From Guillardia theta CCMP2712 (taxonomy: Eukaryota; Protista; Cryptophyta): DNA of 59,985 nucleotides. The DNA lies in contig NW_005434662.1 of assembly GCF_000315625.1 (NCBI RefSeq), positions 979,855 to 1,039,839 on the forward strand. Direction: 5' to 3'. Position 1 is the first letter of the stretch. The number at the start of each line of letters is the position of its first letter. Position numbers and translations under genes: made by a program. The notes under the pieces were generated by a model. It was not told where the DNA came from. It saw only the letters and a list, made by a program, of their open reading frames with translations, and did no database searches. Below, one piece after another: positions 13,150 through 25,806 of this stretch.

Positions 13150-16100
13150 GTTGTCGTACTCGGAAGTTGATTGTTCATGTCTTCCATATCATCTTTATCA
13201 GCTATTGTTCTCACAGCATTCCTGCAGGTGCATGGAAGTGAATGCGACCCTGATACAACTCATTGTGATTGCTGGTTGAACTACACATTGTTTGCAAGTT
13301 TGCCAATCATCATTCTTCGGAGTGATTTGTCAGAAATCGGAGATCAATGATAACATAACGGAAAAATTATATCATGATCCTCAGGACGTTCAAAGGTGGT
13401 GTCATGAAATTGATCTTCTTGCTCGTCTTTGTCTCCTCTTGCCCTCAACGTGCCAGAAGGAGGACGCAAGAATTTTGCTCGCAGGAGAGACCATTGATAC
13501 GTCAAAGGAGCCTTCCATTCTTGATGGTAGGGCTGCTCCTCTTGTGGTAGATAGGTACTCACCTGCACTCAAGATGTGTTGAACCGCGGATTTTCGAGAG
13601 CTCTAGCGAATGAAGACAAAAATCTCCAGCAGTGGTACGTCAAGACCAAACCAGGTGCAACTCTGCGCAATTCTGCTTCTTGCTTGACCGTAAGGAAGGA
13701 ATTTTCAACTTTTCCAAGACTCTGCTGAAGGGTATGATTCAAGCCTACTTACCTCACGATGCACACATAGTTGTAGCCGATAAGGTGAAAGCTTTCCTTG
13801 CACCCCAGCCGCGCTTTGATGAGAGTGCCTGATAGATCAAAGCGCTCACCATTGCTTTACATCCCGACATTCAGTGGGTTGGTCGAAGACACTGGAAGCA
13901 CAAATTACCTAGAGACTTGCAAGACAAAGTCTCAGAGCGTCGATTCTCATTTTTCAATTTTTTTAGATCAGAGCCACGGGATGAGAGGTGAATACCCATC
14001 ATATTGTCTCTGGAACAATGATGAACTTTCAACCTTGCAGGATGGCAATGTTCTATGTCAGTCTTGTGGAGGAAAATGGAATCATAGATTGTTGTAACAA
14101 GTCGCATGCTGTGAATCAGCAAAACTCTACTAGGGCGCATGGATTAGCCCGAAGATGGCAGGCTGAAATAGCAGGTGCGATAAGTGTTGCAAGGTTGAGA
14201 GCTGGTCTTGACCTTCAGCTTTGTATAGCTCAACTTGTTGCCGTGCATGTCTTCGTTGCGAGTCCCAGGAGGATCTCAGTGGCGTGTGCCTACCCGAAGT
14301 CAAGCGAGGTCTTGGAGTGGTTTGCTCAGCAGCCCGAGGTGCTGCACTTCGTCTCAGTCCGGCTCACAAGCTGACCTCACTGGACAGGTCTTGTGGATAG
14401 ACAAGCAACCTGTTTACCTGCCGCAAGGAAAGTATTCCACCCCGCTGCTGTCTGACGGCCTCACGATCAACCTAGCCACTCATGGGCAGTCGTATATCGA
14501 CATCTTGAACCTGACGGGCATCAACGAATACATCGGGATAGCTGATACAGGGATTGATTGGTTGAACTGCTTCTTCTGGGAGCCCTCCGGCACCAGCGAT
14601 CAGGGCTTGCAGCCTCCTTTTCAAGACCTGTCATTCCTGCGCAGGAAAATCGTCACGTATCAGTACATAACGAGCTGTGCGGTGTGCGGGATGTGCCCAG
14701 TAAACATCAGCGCAGATCAGAGAAGCTTCTCGGGGATTCAGAACAAGATATCGGCAGGGGCTCCGATCATCTTCGACATGCCAGCGAGCAGTGGGCTCTC
14801 AAATCAGCCTCCGAGGAATTACGACAGCTCCGGGGCTTCTGTGATGTTCAGCTTCTACGCTTCCACGCGCGGGACTCAGTCGATCCAGAACCCCAGCGCT
14901 GGGACGTATGACGTCCAGGTTGACATACAAGTGTTCATTATCTCACAGGCTGACAAACCCTCCTTTGATCCCCAAAACCCTGACTTCTCCAAGTGTTTGA
15001 ACATTTGTAATCGCAAGGGGGCCCAGCTAAAACAAGTTCCCTATGACACGAGCACAGGACAAGAGTACGAGGCGCTCGGAGCTGCTACTGGAGGCTACAC
15101 CATCGTGGTCGTCAACGTGGGGTCAGGGAATGTGCAGCTGGACGCAACGCTTTACGGAGAGATTCAATTCATGTCGGCACTGAAGCCGTGTGGTGATGGA
15201 GGCGATGACGTCACTGGCCATGGGACGCATGTTGCAGGAGCTGCTGCTGGCAGACCGTACATGTCTCCGACCCCTGATGGTATCGCTCAGCAGAGGGCAG
15301 CGGATCCGTACAAGGGGATAGCGCACAATTCAAAGATACACTTCATGGACTTGATGCAGAACTCTGATCCCAACTGCATCACACCTGGAAAGCCCTGCAA
15401 CAAGGTCAGCAGCATGACTGTGCCCACGGATGTGTACACGCAGCTGTTTCAGAAGCCTTACAACGATGGGGTAAGGATACATCTCGATACCTGGGGATGC
15501 TCCTTCACAAACACAGAGCAGCCCTCAACCTGCAACACCTACTCCACGCATGCTGCAGACATCGACAAGTTCGTGTGGGATCACCCCGACTTCCTGATTG
15601 TTGTAGCAGCCGGAGATGCTGGTGACCTGCAAGCTGAAGGGACGATTCTCTCCCCCGGGACCTGCAAGAACTGCATCACAGTGGGTTCCTCGGAGTCCGC
15701 TTCCCTCTCTTTCACGGAATCCTCCAGGCTGAGGAACCCGCTCGACGACATGTGCTCCGCTTGCTCGTTCCCGAGCTTTTGTAGTCGATCGCCAGTGATC
15801 GGCGGTGTGGCGATCAGCAGCGCTGCCATCTTGCAGACACAGATGGCTACTTTGCCTTCTTGCTGCAATGACACCTTGCACCAGTTCTTCTCTGTGAAGA
15901 ACTTCCGCTTAACGAGGCAGTCGTGGTACTTCATGGTGTTCCCAAACATTTCAACTTCTACACTTACCTTCCTGCAAGAGCAGTTCATCGCTCAAGTTTA
16001 CAACTGGGTTCTGGTCGGAGCGAGTGTGAGAATGGAATTCATCGCTGGCCGAACAACACAGCAGAACATTCCTCGCCTACAAATATTCTTTCTTGACCGA

Positions 16101-18231
16101 CCCAACTTCTTCTCTGCCTTCCAGACATGCCTGCAACCCTGTACAACATTTCCATGCACAGTCTCGGACTCTCAAGCACAAAGCTGCTCGAGGGTCGTCA
16201 GCAATTGTTTAAATAATTGCACCGCCCAACAGAACAATATCACCGAGTGGGTCAAAGCGAAGTCAGTTGACGGCTTCGGCATAGCCGTGTATAACCTGGA
16301 CAATTCGGCGGTGGAGTTGTCTGGTCAAGTTTCCATCCATCAGTATAACTACCCGTGCAACCTGGTGGACTGTTGCGGCAGCTCTGGCACATCCTCGCAG
16401 TATTCCTGCTGCCCTTACTCTTACCCTAGCGAGTTTGGTGACTACAGCGCCTGCCAACAGTGCGGCACGAATCCAACGCCTGGGACGTGCTACGGCCACC
16501 AGCAGAGGAACCTCGCTCCCTGGTCTTCGAGGGGACCAGCGTCCTCCAACTACAACGGAGGGTCGAAGGACTTGCGCATCAAGCCAGACATCGTCGCGCC
16601 TGGGGACTTGATCATCTCCGCCAACAGCAACGCGAACTCGACGCCCTTCCCTTTCTCTCCGGAGAAACCACCTTTCTACGCTCACTGCGGACTTCCGAGT
16701 CAGGTCGACCCCTCGATCACCACCTGCAAGCTCCAAGCCTCCGCACCCTGGTCAAACACAAGTGCTCTCAAGTCCCAGAATGGGACGTCGGTCTCCGCAG
16801 CGCTGATAGCAGGCTCTGCTGCTCTGATCCGACAGTATTTCAAAGAAGGATGGTATCCCCTGGGCATCCAGAACTCGAGCTACGCCAACACCAATCCTTC
16901 TGCCGCCCTCATCAAGGCGATGCTGCTCAACTCCGCCAGGTCTCTCGGAGGATACTTCGACAAGTACACCTACAAGGTCATCTCCTCTCCCTCGTTTCTC
17001 CTCCCGCTGACCCTTCCCTTCCAGTTTCGCAGTCCCTGCAGCCCCAACGCCGTAGGATGCGTCCAGTGGGTCCAGCCTGACCCCTCCGTGTGCACCACCG
17101 ACGTCAACGACCCGACCTGCTACGTCGAGCGAGTCAGCATCCCTCCTGCTCCCAACATGTACGAGGGGTTCGGGCAACCCGCCTTGATCAACGGGCTGTG
17201 GACGAAATACTCCAAGTACTCGACGTACATCACTGAGAGCAGCCTGAATGAGTCCCTCATGACCTCCTATACCTTCTCCATCCTCGGCACCAACCCCGAC
17301 ATTCCCTTCAAGGCCACTCTAGTCTACACAGGTGAGCAGCAGAGCTTGTTTGTCGGCTGTTCTGACCCGCGTCCCAGATCCTCCTGCAAGCCCTGGAGCT
17401 GATGTGGTCCTCGTGAACAATCTCGACTTGATCGTCCAGATAGTGACCATACAGGAGCAATACGATCCCAACATCGGTGTTACCAAAGTCGTCCAGAAGT
17501 TTGAGACCTTGTACGGCAACGATGTCAGCAGCCGAGGGGTGCGGGACAACCTGAACCCTTCGGAGCAAGTCACCGTCTCCAGCACCATCCCAGCTACCAA
17601 CGTGACCGTGATCGTGGTGGGAACGAAGATCTCTTCAGTCCTGAACCCGCAAGGACAGAAGTTCGCTCTCATCGTCAGTGGACTTCTGATGCCCAAATAC
17701 AACGAATGGATACAGAACAAGAAGACCGTTGTCAATGTCACGGGCCCTCTCGTCTCCTCCAACGTCTTCACCTCGTTCAACAACCTCGATGTCTTTCGCA
17801 CAGGCGGCATCAACACCAGGGACCTGGCGATTCGCTTCCCCAAGCTATCGACGTTGACGCATCAGAGGATGGTGAGGGAGGAAGAGAGCTTGCGAGGTCT
17901 TGCGCGTGGGGCTAACGAGGTCGAACAGATCCAAGAAGGAGACGACAACAAGGACGGGATGATCAGCGTTGTCGAATGGCAGTCTGTCTTCCAGCAGCTC
18001 CAGTACCAAGAGCTTGTCTCTCTGACCCGCCTTCTGACTGCTGACGGCAGGACCGGAGGGCTCATGGCGCAGCTCCCTCAAGTCGCAACGACCTTCATAG
18101 ACGCGAGCTTGGCCGGCACCCAGCAAACTCCTTCTCCCTCAACCTCCGGATGCTCTCGAACCCCCGCGGACTCGAAGCTCTTCTACTGGATCTTCTTTTA
18201 CTTGTGTATAATAACAGCAGGAATCTTTTAG
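13150..18231 (+). CDS. Large subtilisin-family (S8, KP-43/TagC-like) serine protease with Cys-rich inserts, an EF-hand and a C-terminal hydrophobic anchor
   Basis: Catalytic motifs IGIADTGID, GHGTHVAG, IKPDIVAPG and GTSVSAALIAG. Also PSAALIKAMLLNSA, TLVYT|DPP...LVNNLDL, prodomain AYLPHDAHIV, EF-hand DDNKDGMISVVEW and C-terminal LFYWIFFYLCIITAGIF. The 5' exons and start are approximate. Confidence 0.88.
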
Positions 18232-18365
18232 CTCATCTTAAAGAAAACTTTTCGATGAGCACAAGAGCGATGCTGATGTATCTTCCTCATCTCTTACTGC
18301 TGTTCTCTCACTTATCTCTTGATGCTTTAACTCACCTGTACCAGCCTCGAGGGATCAAGACTCCA

Positions 18366-18443
18366 TTGCATCATATTCCTTTCATACTCCTTTGCATCAT
18401 ATTCCTTTCATACTCCTTTGCATCATATTCCTTTCAGACTCCT
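18366..18443. repeat. 26-bp tandem repeat x3 (TTGCATCATATTCCTTTCATACTCCT)
   Basis: Seen directly; the third copy has one mismatch. Confidence 0.9.
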
Positions 18444-19294
18444 TTTGGCTGAGCGCATGTCAAGTTGTATGTCCCTGCCCTGCCCTTAGCTCACCTCTCA
18501 TACCTTCTCTCCTTCTGGTCTCCGCCCTCTTCTCCTCTCCTAATCATATCCTCTTTCCTTCACCTCCTCTCCCCTCCTCTCCTCTTCCACCTTCTTCCAC
18601 CCTCCCCTCCCCTCTCCTTTCTACCCCTCCACCCTTCCCCTCGCCTCTCTTTCCTTCTCCTTCTCCTCGCCTCTCTTTCCCTCTCCTCTCCTCTCCTCTC
18701 CTCTCCTCTCCTCTCCTCTCCTCTCCTCCCCCCTCCCCTCCCCTCCCCTCCTCTCTCCTCTCCTCCTCTCTCCTCTCCTCCTCTCCTCCTCTTCTCCGCC
18801 CCCTTCCTGTCCTGTCCTGTCCTCTCTCCTCTCCTCTCCACTTCCCTCCCTCTCGCTACTCGCAGGCCCTGCAGGTCGTTCGAACGGCCTCTTCCTGCTC
18901 CCACCCCACCCCTTCTCATCAACCGAATTTTATCTAAAAAGTACCCCTACTCCCTCTTGAGTCTGGTGGCCTGCAGGTCCCAGACAGGGAGTGGAGCGGT
19001 CAGACCAGAGGGAGGGAGGAAGCGGAACTAGACGAGAGAGAAGGAGAGGAGAGAAGAAGAGTAGGAGGGGATCGGAACAAGACAGGACCGCACAGGAGAG
19101 GAGAGGAGAGGAGAGGAGAGAAGGGGGGAAGAAGGGAGAGGTCACGAGAGCAGTGCAGCAGATCTGAGACGACGACACAGCAAGGGAGAAGAACGAGGCA
19201 CCGCGTAGCAAGAGAGAGAGCGCGCGATGGGACGAGAACTTGAAGGGCTCTGAGGCTGTGCTGAGTTGGGAGAACAACGAAACCTCAGTGTGCC

Positions 19295-20526
19295 ATGATG
19301 CGTCCGATCAGCCTGGCTCCTCCAAACCATGTGTGTATGTGGCGACTGTTCCAGACGGTCAACACCCTTGGTGTCGCCTTCAACGCCATGTCGATGCCCC
19401 TAACAGGATCTCGATCGAAGAGGCAGGCGGCGATGGTGGGTATGCGGCAATTCAGCAGTGGGCCGAAAGCATCTCAGTATGTCTATGTTGTCACGCATGG
19501 GAGAAAACCAGGAGTGTATGAGGTGAGGGCAACTATCTTTTTCTTCTCTGCTTGTCTTGATGTGTAATCATCATCTTCAGACTTGGGCAGAATGTGCCGA
19601 GCAAGTGAACGGGTACAAGTCAGCAGTATACCAGAAGGTCAAACGAACTCAACTTACTCATTTCCAAGAGGGTTGCGTTGAGACGAACAAAGCGGTGGGA
19701 GGGATGCGGGAGCATGGCTTGCTTGAAGTGACAGGTAGCGATGAGCGCTTAGGAGTGATGTCAGATGAGAGTGAAAGCCGAGTTGAGGAAGACGTGAAGA
19801 AACCGAGTAAGACGAGGAAGAAAATGGAGAGCGAGACGGAGGAGGAGCCGACAAGTCTGACGGGAGCAAAAGAATATCGAGTGCTCACAGTCTACGTCGA
19901 TGGTGCCGCTCGTGGCAATCCCGGAGCAGCGAGCTACGGCATCTTGATCAGAAACGACGCGGGGAAGAACGTCATGAAGATAGCGAAGCGTCTAGGAAGC
20001 CAGACCAACAACGTGGCCGAGTGGGAAGGAGCCCTTGCAGGGCTTCAGTCCGCGTTGGAGTTAGGAGCCGAGTGAGGAAGATGGAGAAGAAAGGATGAAA
20101 GGTTCTGACAAGTGCTGGTCAGGGAGGTCCACCTAATGTCGGATTCAAACCTGGTAGTCAATCAGATCTCAGGGCTCTGGAAGGTAAGACTCATTCACGA
20201 AATTGACATGTTCCCTTTCATATGCTGAGCGTTTGATGTGTTTTCTGCTTCTGTTTTAGATTAACGATCCGACTCTCCGTAAGCTGCACTCTGAAGCCAT
20301 CAAAGTGGTCAAGAGATTCTCTCAGTAAGAAGACATTCCCCTCTCTAATTGTGCATCAATTCACAAGCTCATGCTTTGCCCGTCTGTCTTTCAGCTCTGA
20401 CATAGATGCAGCTTCGATGCAACATGGATTCCGCGTGCAAAGAATCAAGTTGCTGACGGTCTTGCTAACAGTGCACTAGACTATGGAGATTCTGTTTGGC
20501 AGTCAAAAGACAATTCCGACTCCTAG
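19295..20526 (+). CDS. RNH1: Ribonuclease H1: hybrid-binding domain plus archaeal/plant-type RNase HI domain, probable mitochondrial presequence
   Basis: HBD reads YVVTHGRKPGVYE|TWAECAEQVNGY. Catalytic motifs are YVDGAARGNPG, TNNVAEWEG, SDSNLVVNQISG and WIPRAKNQVADGLAN. The N-terminus is Arg/Ser-rich and lacks acidic residues. Confidence 0.9.
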
Positions 20527-21935
20527 TCAAAGAAGAAAACAAGACATGTCATGTACACACTGCGGTCTTTTCAGCTTTACAAAATCATACAACGAGGAAG
20601 ATGATCAACACCATTCATCAACCTCACAGACGATTCAGTCAAATTGTTACAGCTTGTACAAAGTCGACCCAACACCTTCTAACCCGCCCCCTGTCCTGGT
20701 GGGCCTTACTCCACTCCCCTCCTCCTGGCTTACAACGCTCTCGTGCCGTTATTGAACCTGGTGGCATAAGCACCAGCCATCCTTGTTATCAAGTCAGTTC
20801 ACTTGAAATCCAACGATGAAGGGGCAAGTTCGAGAAAGAAAGTCGACAAGAAGTCATGGAAGAGCACATTGAAGCAAATGGCGACGGTGATTGTGGGAGG
20901 TTTCAAGTAGTAGATGATCACCTATCAGGAATATCTGCATGAAAGTCCCAGTCCTTGTCGATTCCACCCTGCGAAGTTTGTCAGGCCCAGTTTCAAACAG
21001 AAACAAACTGTTTACCGAAGGGGTATCAGCTGAACAAAGAAATCGGGAAAGATGCATTTTCCAAGAGGGAAAGAACAAAGTCAGAGGTAGTATTAAAGAT
21101 AACAGAGGAATGAGTTGAAATCTCTCGTATCCATTACTATTGAAGAAGGGAATTCATCATCTGTCCTCCTATTCCGATCACTAGAACAGAGAACAGCATG
21201 AAGACCATATTCTATCAAGCCCATTTCTTCGGTCGTTTCGATAAGGATTTCAATCTATAGGCTGATCTCGACACAATCACGTCTTCTCATCTTGCATCCT
21301 TCATTGCCCCTTCCCCTTGCCACATCCTCTCAACACTACTAGGTCACGTCACTTGATATTCCTCCCTGTCACTTCGGAGTAGCGAGGAGAGGTGGAGGAG
21401 TAGAAGAGGAGGAGTGCCAGCAATCACCTCCATGTCCATTCAAGCCATGGCTGAGCTTCAAGGGAACGCCTAGATGATCCATCTTCGCCGCCATGCTGAG
21501 GAATCCCAGGCCTGCCGGCCCAAACAGCATCCCGAACATGCTGCCGACTATTTCTGGAGAAGTGGTACCCAGACGGACCCCTACTTCAGACCTTTGTAAA
21601 AGGGGTAGGGTACCTGTATGGTCCCCAGTCAAGGGGTGGGCTGGAATTATGGTGGCCCATTACATCGGTACTGGTAGTATGGAGTAGGGGTTATCTTGAG
21701 TCAAAAGCAAAGGATTATGGGGGGTAGTACCTTAGATGCTGTCCATTCATGAAGTGCAAAGCGTAAATTGGGGGGTGGGGGGTGGTATGGACAAGGTGGG
21801 GGCAGGGGTGGGGGTGCGCTGGTTGAACATGAGGGGGGATGTGGTCGAAAACGATTCAATTTTGTTTACACGCCTCCAGTGGCGCAACGATCATGCCGGG
21901 TGAGCGAAGAAAGAGAGAGGAATGAGAGAAAGCAA

Positions 21936-22013
21936 GAAGAGAGGGAGCAAGGAGAGAGGGAGCAAGGAGAGAGGGAGCAAGGAGAGAGGGAGCAAGGAGA
22001 GAGGGAGCAAGGA
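21936..22013. repeat. 15-bp tandem repeat (GGAGAGAGGGAGCAA) about x5
   Basis: Seen directly. Confidence 0.85.
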
Positions 22014-22317
22014 GATTGAGGAGCGGGAGGAGGGAAGGAGGAGAGGGAGATTAGGTTGAAGACTGATGACAAGGGAGGGAGAAAGGTAGAGGAAGAAGAT
22101 GAAGAGGGAGTTGGGAGAGCAAGGTAGGAGAGGCAGATGCGGTGAGGCGTGCAAGGGTGTAGCGATGGAGACAGCGGGGGGAAGGTAGCAGCTATGAAGA
22201 AAAGAAAACAAATGGAATCGATTGAAAGAAAGAAAACATGGATAGTTATGAGTCGGTGACTTGAAGATTTATTGCAAAATTCTGAATTGCTATAATCTAG
22301 ACGATTGCGTGAAAGAC

Positions 22318-24180
22318 ATGAGGGAATTGAGCTCTGAAAAACTTTCCCGCGCTGAGAGACTGGAGTTATGGAAGAAGGAGAAGAAGTCAAAAATTGAGTC
22401 CAACAAGGGCGACAGCAAGGCAAGAGTCCTAAAGGACATTCCTGTCAACCATGCGAGAAAAATAGCGCCCAAGGACACGCCTCGCCCTGAGGCGAAGACG
22501 GAGAGGAAAATCCTGCCTGCCTCTTCGTCCAACTTCAAACAGCACCACCAGAGGCTTCAAGTGAACCGGGCGAGGAACGCTCAGGCTCCCGTCACAGCCC
22601 GGACGTCCACACAGAAACGAGTGAAGCCCGCAAACGACATCAAGTCCTCTGTTGAGAAGCTTTACAGCGGTGAGGCTGACATGTAAAGTGTGAAGTGCGT
22701 TGAAGTTTGTGCAGGGATTCGAGATATCCAGGAGACGAAGGCATTGAAGGAGCAGGAATGTGAAAAGAAAGCGAAAGCAGATCCAGCAACGAATGTAGCA
22801 GGACAAGACGCCAGTTTTCAGCAGGCGGAGCCCTCGGATGTAGCAGCCGACACCGAATATTCTCTTCTTGAGTCTGAGACGGCTAAGTCAAGCATGATTG
22901 ATATCCGAGAGAAACAGGGGAGCTTGCAAGATTCCGACGTCGAAGGATGCGGAGGTGACATGGTCCAGCAAGTCGATACAGTGCTGGATTGTGCTGCGAG
23001 AGAGGCGGAAGGAGAGGAGGGAGCTCAGATGGAAGAGGTCAAGGCAGAAGAGGAAGTAGAAGAGGTGAAGGACGAAGATGACGGAGAGGAGTCCGTCGGT
23101 GACCGCTGCTCCTTGTCGCCAGTGGAGCTTCCAGCAGACTCCGAGGGCACAGCTGAGCAGGTCGATCAGGTTGCGGCCACAGGAGAGGATTCTCTGTCTT
23201 CGACTCAAGTCATGAATGCTCCGTCTTCCAGCAAGCAGCGTGCAAGTCCGATCCCTGAGAACCTGGAGGAGGAGGAGGAGGAGGAGGAGGAGAACGTCAG
23301 TCATGATGGAGGAGGCGATGTCGATAAGTTGAAGTTCGCGCTCTACAAGGTCTCGAACAGGCTGGCTAGGTGCACGTCGTTGCTCCAGGAGGCCGTGAAG
23401 GAGAACGCAGAGCTCAAGCATCAGCTGGCCTTGAACGAGGGCTTCAAGATCCGGTATGAGGCCCTGGAGAGCACGGTGAAGGAGATGAAGATGGTGGAGG
23501 AAGCGAAGGAGGCCGCTGCTGCGAGCATGCAGGAGGAGGCAGGAGGAAGCGAGGCGGAGGGAGACTTGAGCAGGAAGAGGGTAGGAGGAAAGCTCAGCCC
23601 TCCCCAGCTGAGCCCCAAGAGAGCCAGGATGGAGGACGGCTCCCCTACCACGAGCTCGGAACGAATCCGTCTTCTGACCGAGAGGATTCTTGCCCAGGAC
23701 AAGGAGATCCAGCAGCTCCGGAAGGCGGTAAAGGGGAAGGAGGGAGCGTTCTCACAGGAGCGGAAGACGCTCATCGAGAGGCTGAGGGTCGTTGATGAGC
23801 AGAGGAGGGAGGCGGAGACTGCGCTGGACGAGAACGACCTCATGTGGCAGCAGCTGTTTAACAACCAGATGGAGCAGCTGAAAAAGAAGGTCCAAGGTAA
23901 CTCGAATATCCTCTCCCCTCTCCCTCTCCTCTTCTCCTCTCCTTTCCTCTCTCTCTCCCTCTCCTCTGATTCATCTCCCCCCTTTGATCTCTTCCCCGAA
24001 GTCTTGCAATTCTCCTTCTGCCTGCTGTTTCTTCTCCAGCACGAGAGCTGACCTTTTCTTTTGTGCCAAGCAGATCAAGACGCAGCCAAGCAGCAGCAAG
24101 ACGCTGTTGACGGCGAGGGAGCGGCGAATGCAGGGGAGGACGGTGAAACCAAGAGTGAGGAGAGTGCGGCGGGTTTGTAA
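22318..24180 (+). CDS. Hypothetical protein: basic N-terminus, acidic middle, C-terminal coiled coil (3 exons)
   Basis: ORFs 22261-22686 and 22690-24051 join through a GT-AG intron at about 22670-22714. The last exon ends SAAGL* at 24180. Heptad-rich segments are present. Confidence 0.7.
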
Positions 24181-24198
24181 CAGTTCAGATTCTCATCG

Positions 24199-25025
24199 TT
24201 AAAGTACATGGATGGTACCCAAGTGGCCTGTCCTGCCCATCCTACGAAATTTCTCTTCCGGCTGCTTCATGACGTGGAACACATCCCCCATGGTCATGAG
24301 CTTGTGCCCAATCGCTGTCAGACTCTCCACGCGCGGCTTGATCCTCCTCTCCAGGCTGTAGGACAGCATCCGGGGGTATCGCATCCAGTCTGTCTGAAGC
24401 ATCAGAACCACGGGGGCAGGGGCAGGGGCGAGGGCAGGGGCAGGGGCAGGGGCAGGGGAGAGCAGAGTGAGGGGCGGGGGCGACCTTGGGGCTCGCTGAT
24501 GTTGCACGTGGTCTTGATGTAGTTGAGAGTTGGCCGCAGGTTCTTGTCGACGCTGTAGCCGAGCATGGCAGGGCAGCGGATGACAAAGTCTCCTATCCTG
24601 TGCCTGGGTACTCCTGCCTCCTCCACCAGAAACTTCACTGTCGGCCTCAGCTTCTTCCCCACGCTGTACCCCAGCAGCTGCGGCTTGTTGCAGATGACCC
24701 GGCAGATGTTGTCGGAAGAAATGTTGAGCTCGTCATGCAGGTAGCGAACTGTGGGGCGCATCTTATTTTCGACGTCGAAGAGGAAGACGTAGGGATAGAT
24801 CGCTGATATGTTGCCTATCTGCGTGGCGTCCAGCCCCAGCCCTTGCAGGAAGAGCAGGGCTGGTCGGAGCTTCCTCTCCACAGAGAGTGTGATGATGTGT
24901 GGGCACTTGATCAGCATCGTGCTAAGTTTGTGCCTCGGCACGTTGACGTCTCTGAGGAGAAAGTTGATCTGTATCAGACGCGCATCAGCATCAATATCAT
25001 CAACACCACCACAACAATCATCATT

Positions 25026-25107
<82 letters not shown>

Positions 25108-25806
25108 GCAGTAGCAGCAGCAGTAGCAGCAGCAGCCAGCAAGTCAAGACCTCACCGTGTAGTTGAGATTGCGCTCAATCTTCAAGGAGAAGATCTGCGG
25201 GCGGCAGGTGAGGATGCGATGCATGCCGCTACTGTTGATTCCCATGACTTGCAGGAAAGTGACAACGTCGTCAAACTGGCGTGAGCACGCCGGGTAGAGG
25301 ATGGTGGGGAACTTCGTGAGCAGCTTTCCAAGGCTGGCAGCGCTAAGACGAAACTCAGTCGACAACCGAGAGAGGATCGGTTCGATGTGATGCTTCAAGG
25401 ACAGCATCTTCAGCTTCGGAGACGATCGGTAGATGACGTTCACTTCGTCGAGCGTCAGATTGCACGACCTCATGAGAAACAGAGTCTTGTCGTCGAACTC
25501 CCTCTCCAACTTTCGCACTCGAGCTTGCAAGAACATAAAGTCGGTACTGCCCATGTCAGGATCCACCAGCCTCTGGCGCCCCTTGCCCGGGCTGTTCTGA
25601 GCCAGCACGTCGCTCGATGTCTCCTCAGAATTGAGTCGCCCCATCTCCAACAATTCTCCTCCCATCCCCATCGGGACCGCATGGAAGTCAGGCATGCAGC
25701 CCTCCCTCAATGCGCTCAAGCACGACTCGGCTACTCGCAGAGTGACGAGGAGGATAAAAATGTAGGATTGGCGTGATGTGAGAGGGAGGAGCGAGGAGGG
25801 CCTCAT
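24199..25806 (-). CDS. mTERF-repeat protein with N-terminal hydrophobic leader (3 exons)
   Basis: Repeated P-x-(I/L)-(L/F)-x-(Y/L)S(V/L)E-x-(K/N)LRP-x-(V/L)-xFL units, e.g. CPHIITLSVERKLRPALLFL, PQLLGYSVGKKLRPTVKFL and YPRMLSYSLERRIKPR. Confidence 0.9.
25010..25140. repeat. (CAT)n(CAG)n intronic microsatellite
   Basis: Seen directly, inside the first mTERF intron. Confidence 0.9.

Noticed and set aside
18366-18443. CRISPR-like 26-bp repeats
   Set aside because: Head-to-tail copies without spacers, in a eukaryotic context with no cas genes.
19880-20526. Retrotransposon-derived RNase H
   Set aside because: It has introns, an HBD and a targeting peptide, with no RT, integrase or LTRs nearby.
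20600-21540. Possible small spliced gene on the - strand
   Set aside because: Some open segments and splice-like sites exist, but no consistent model could be built.
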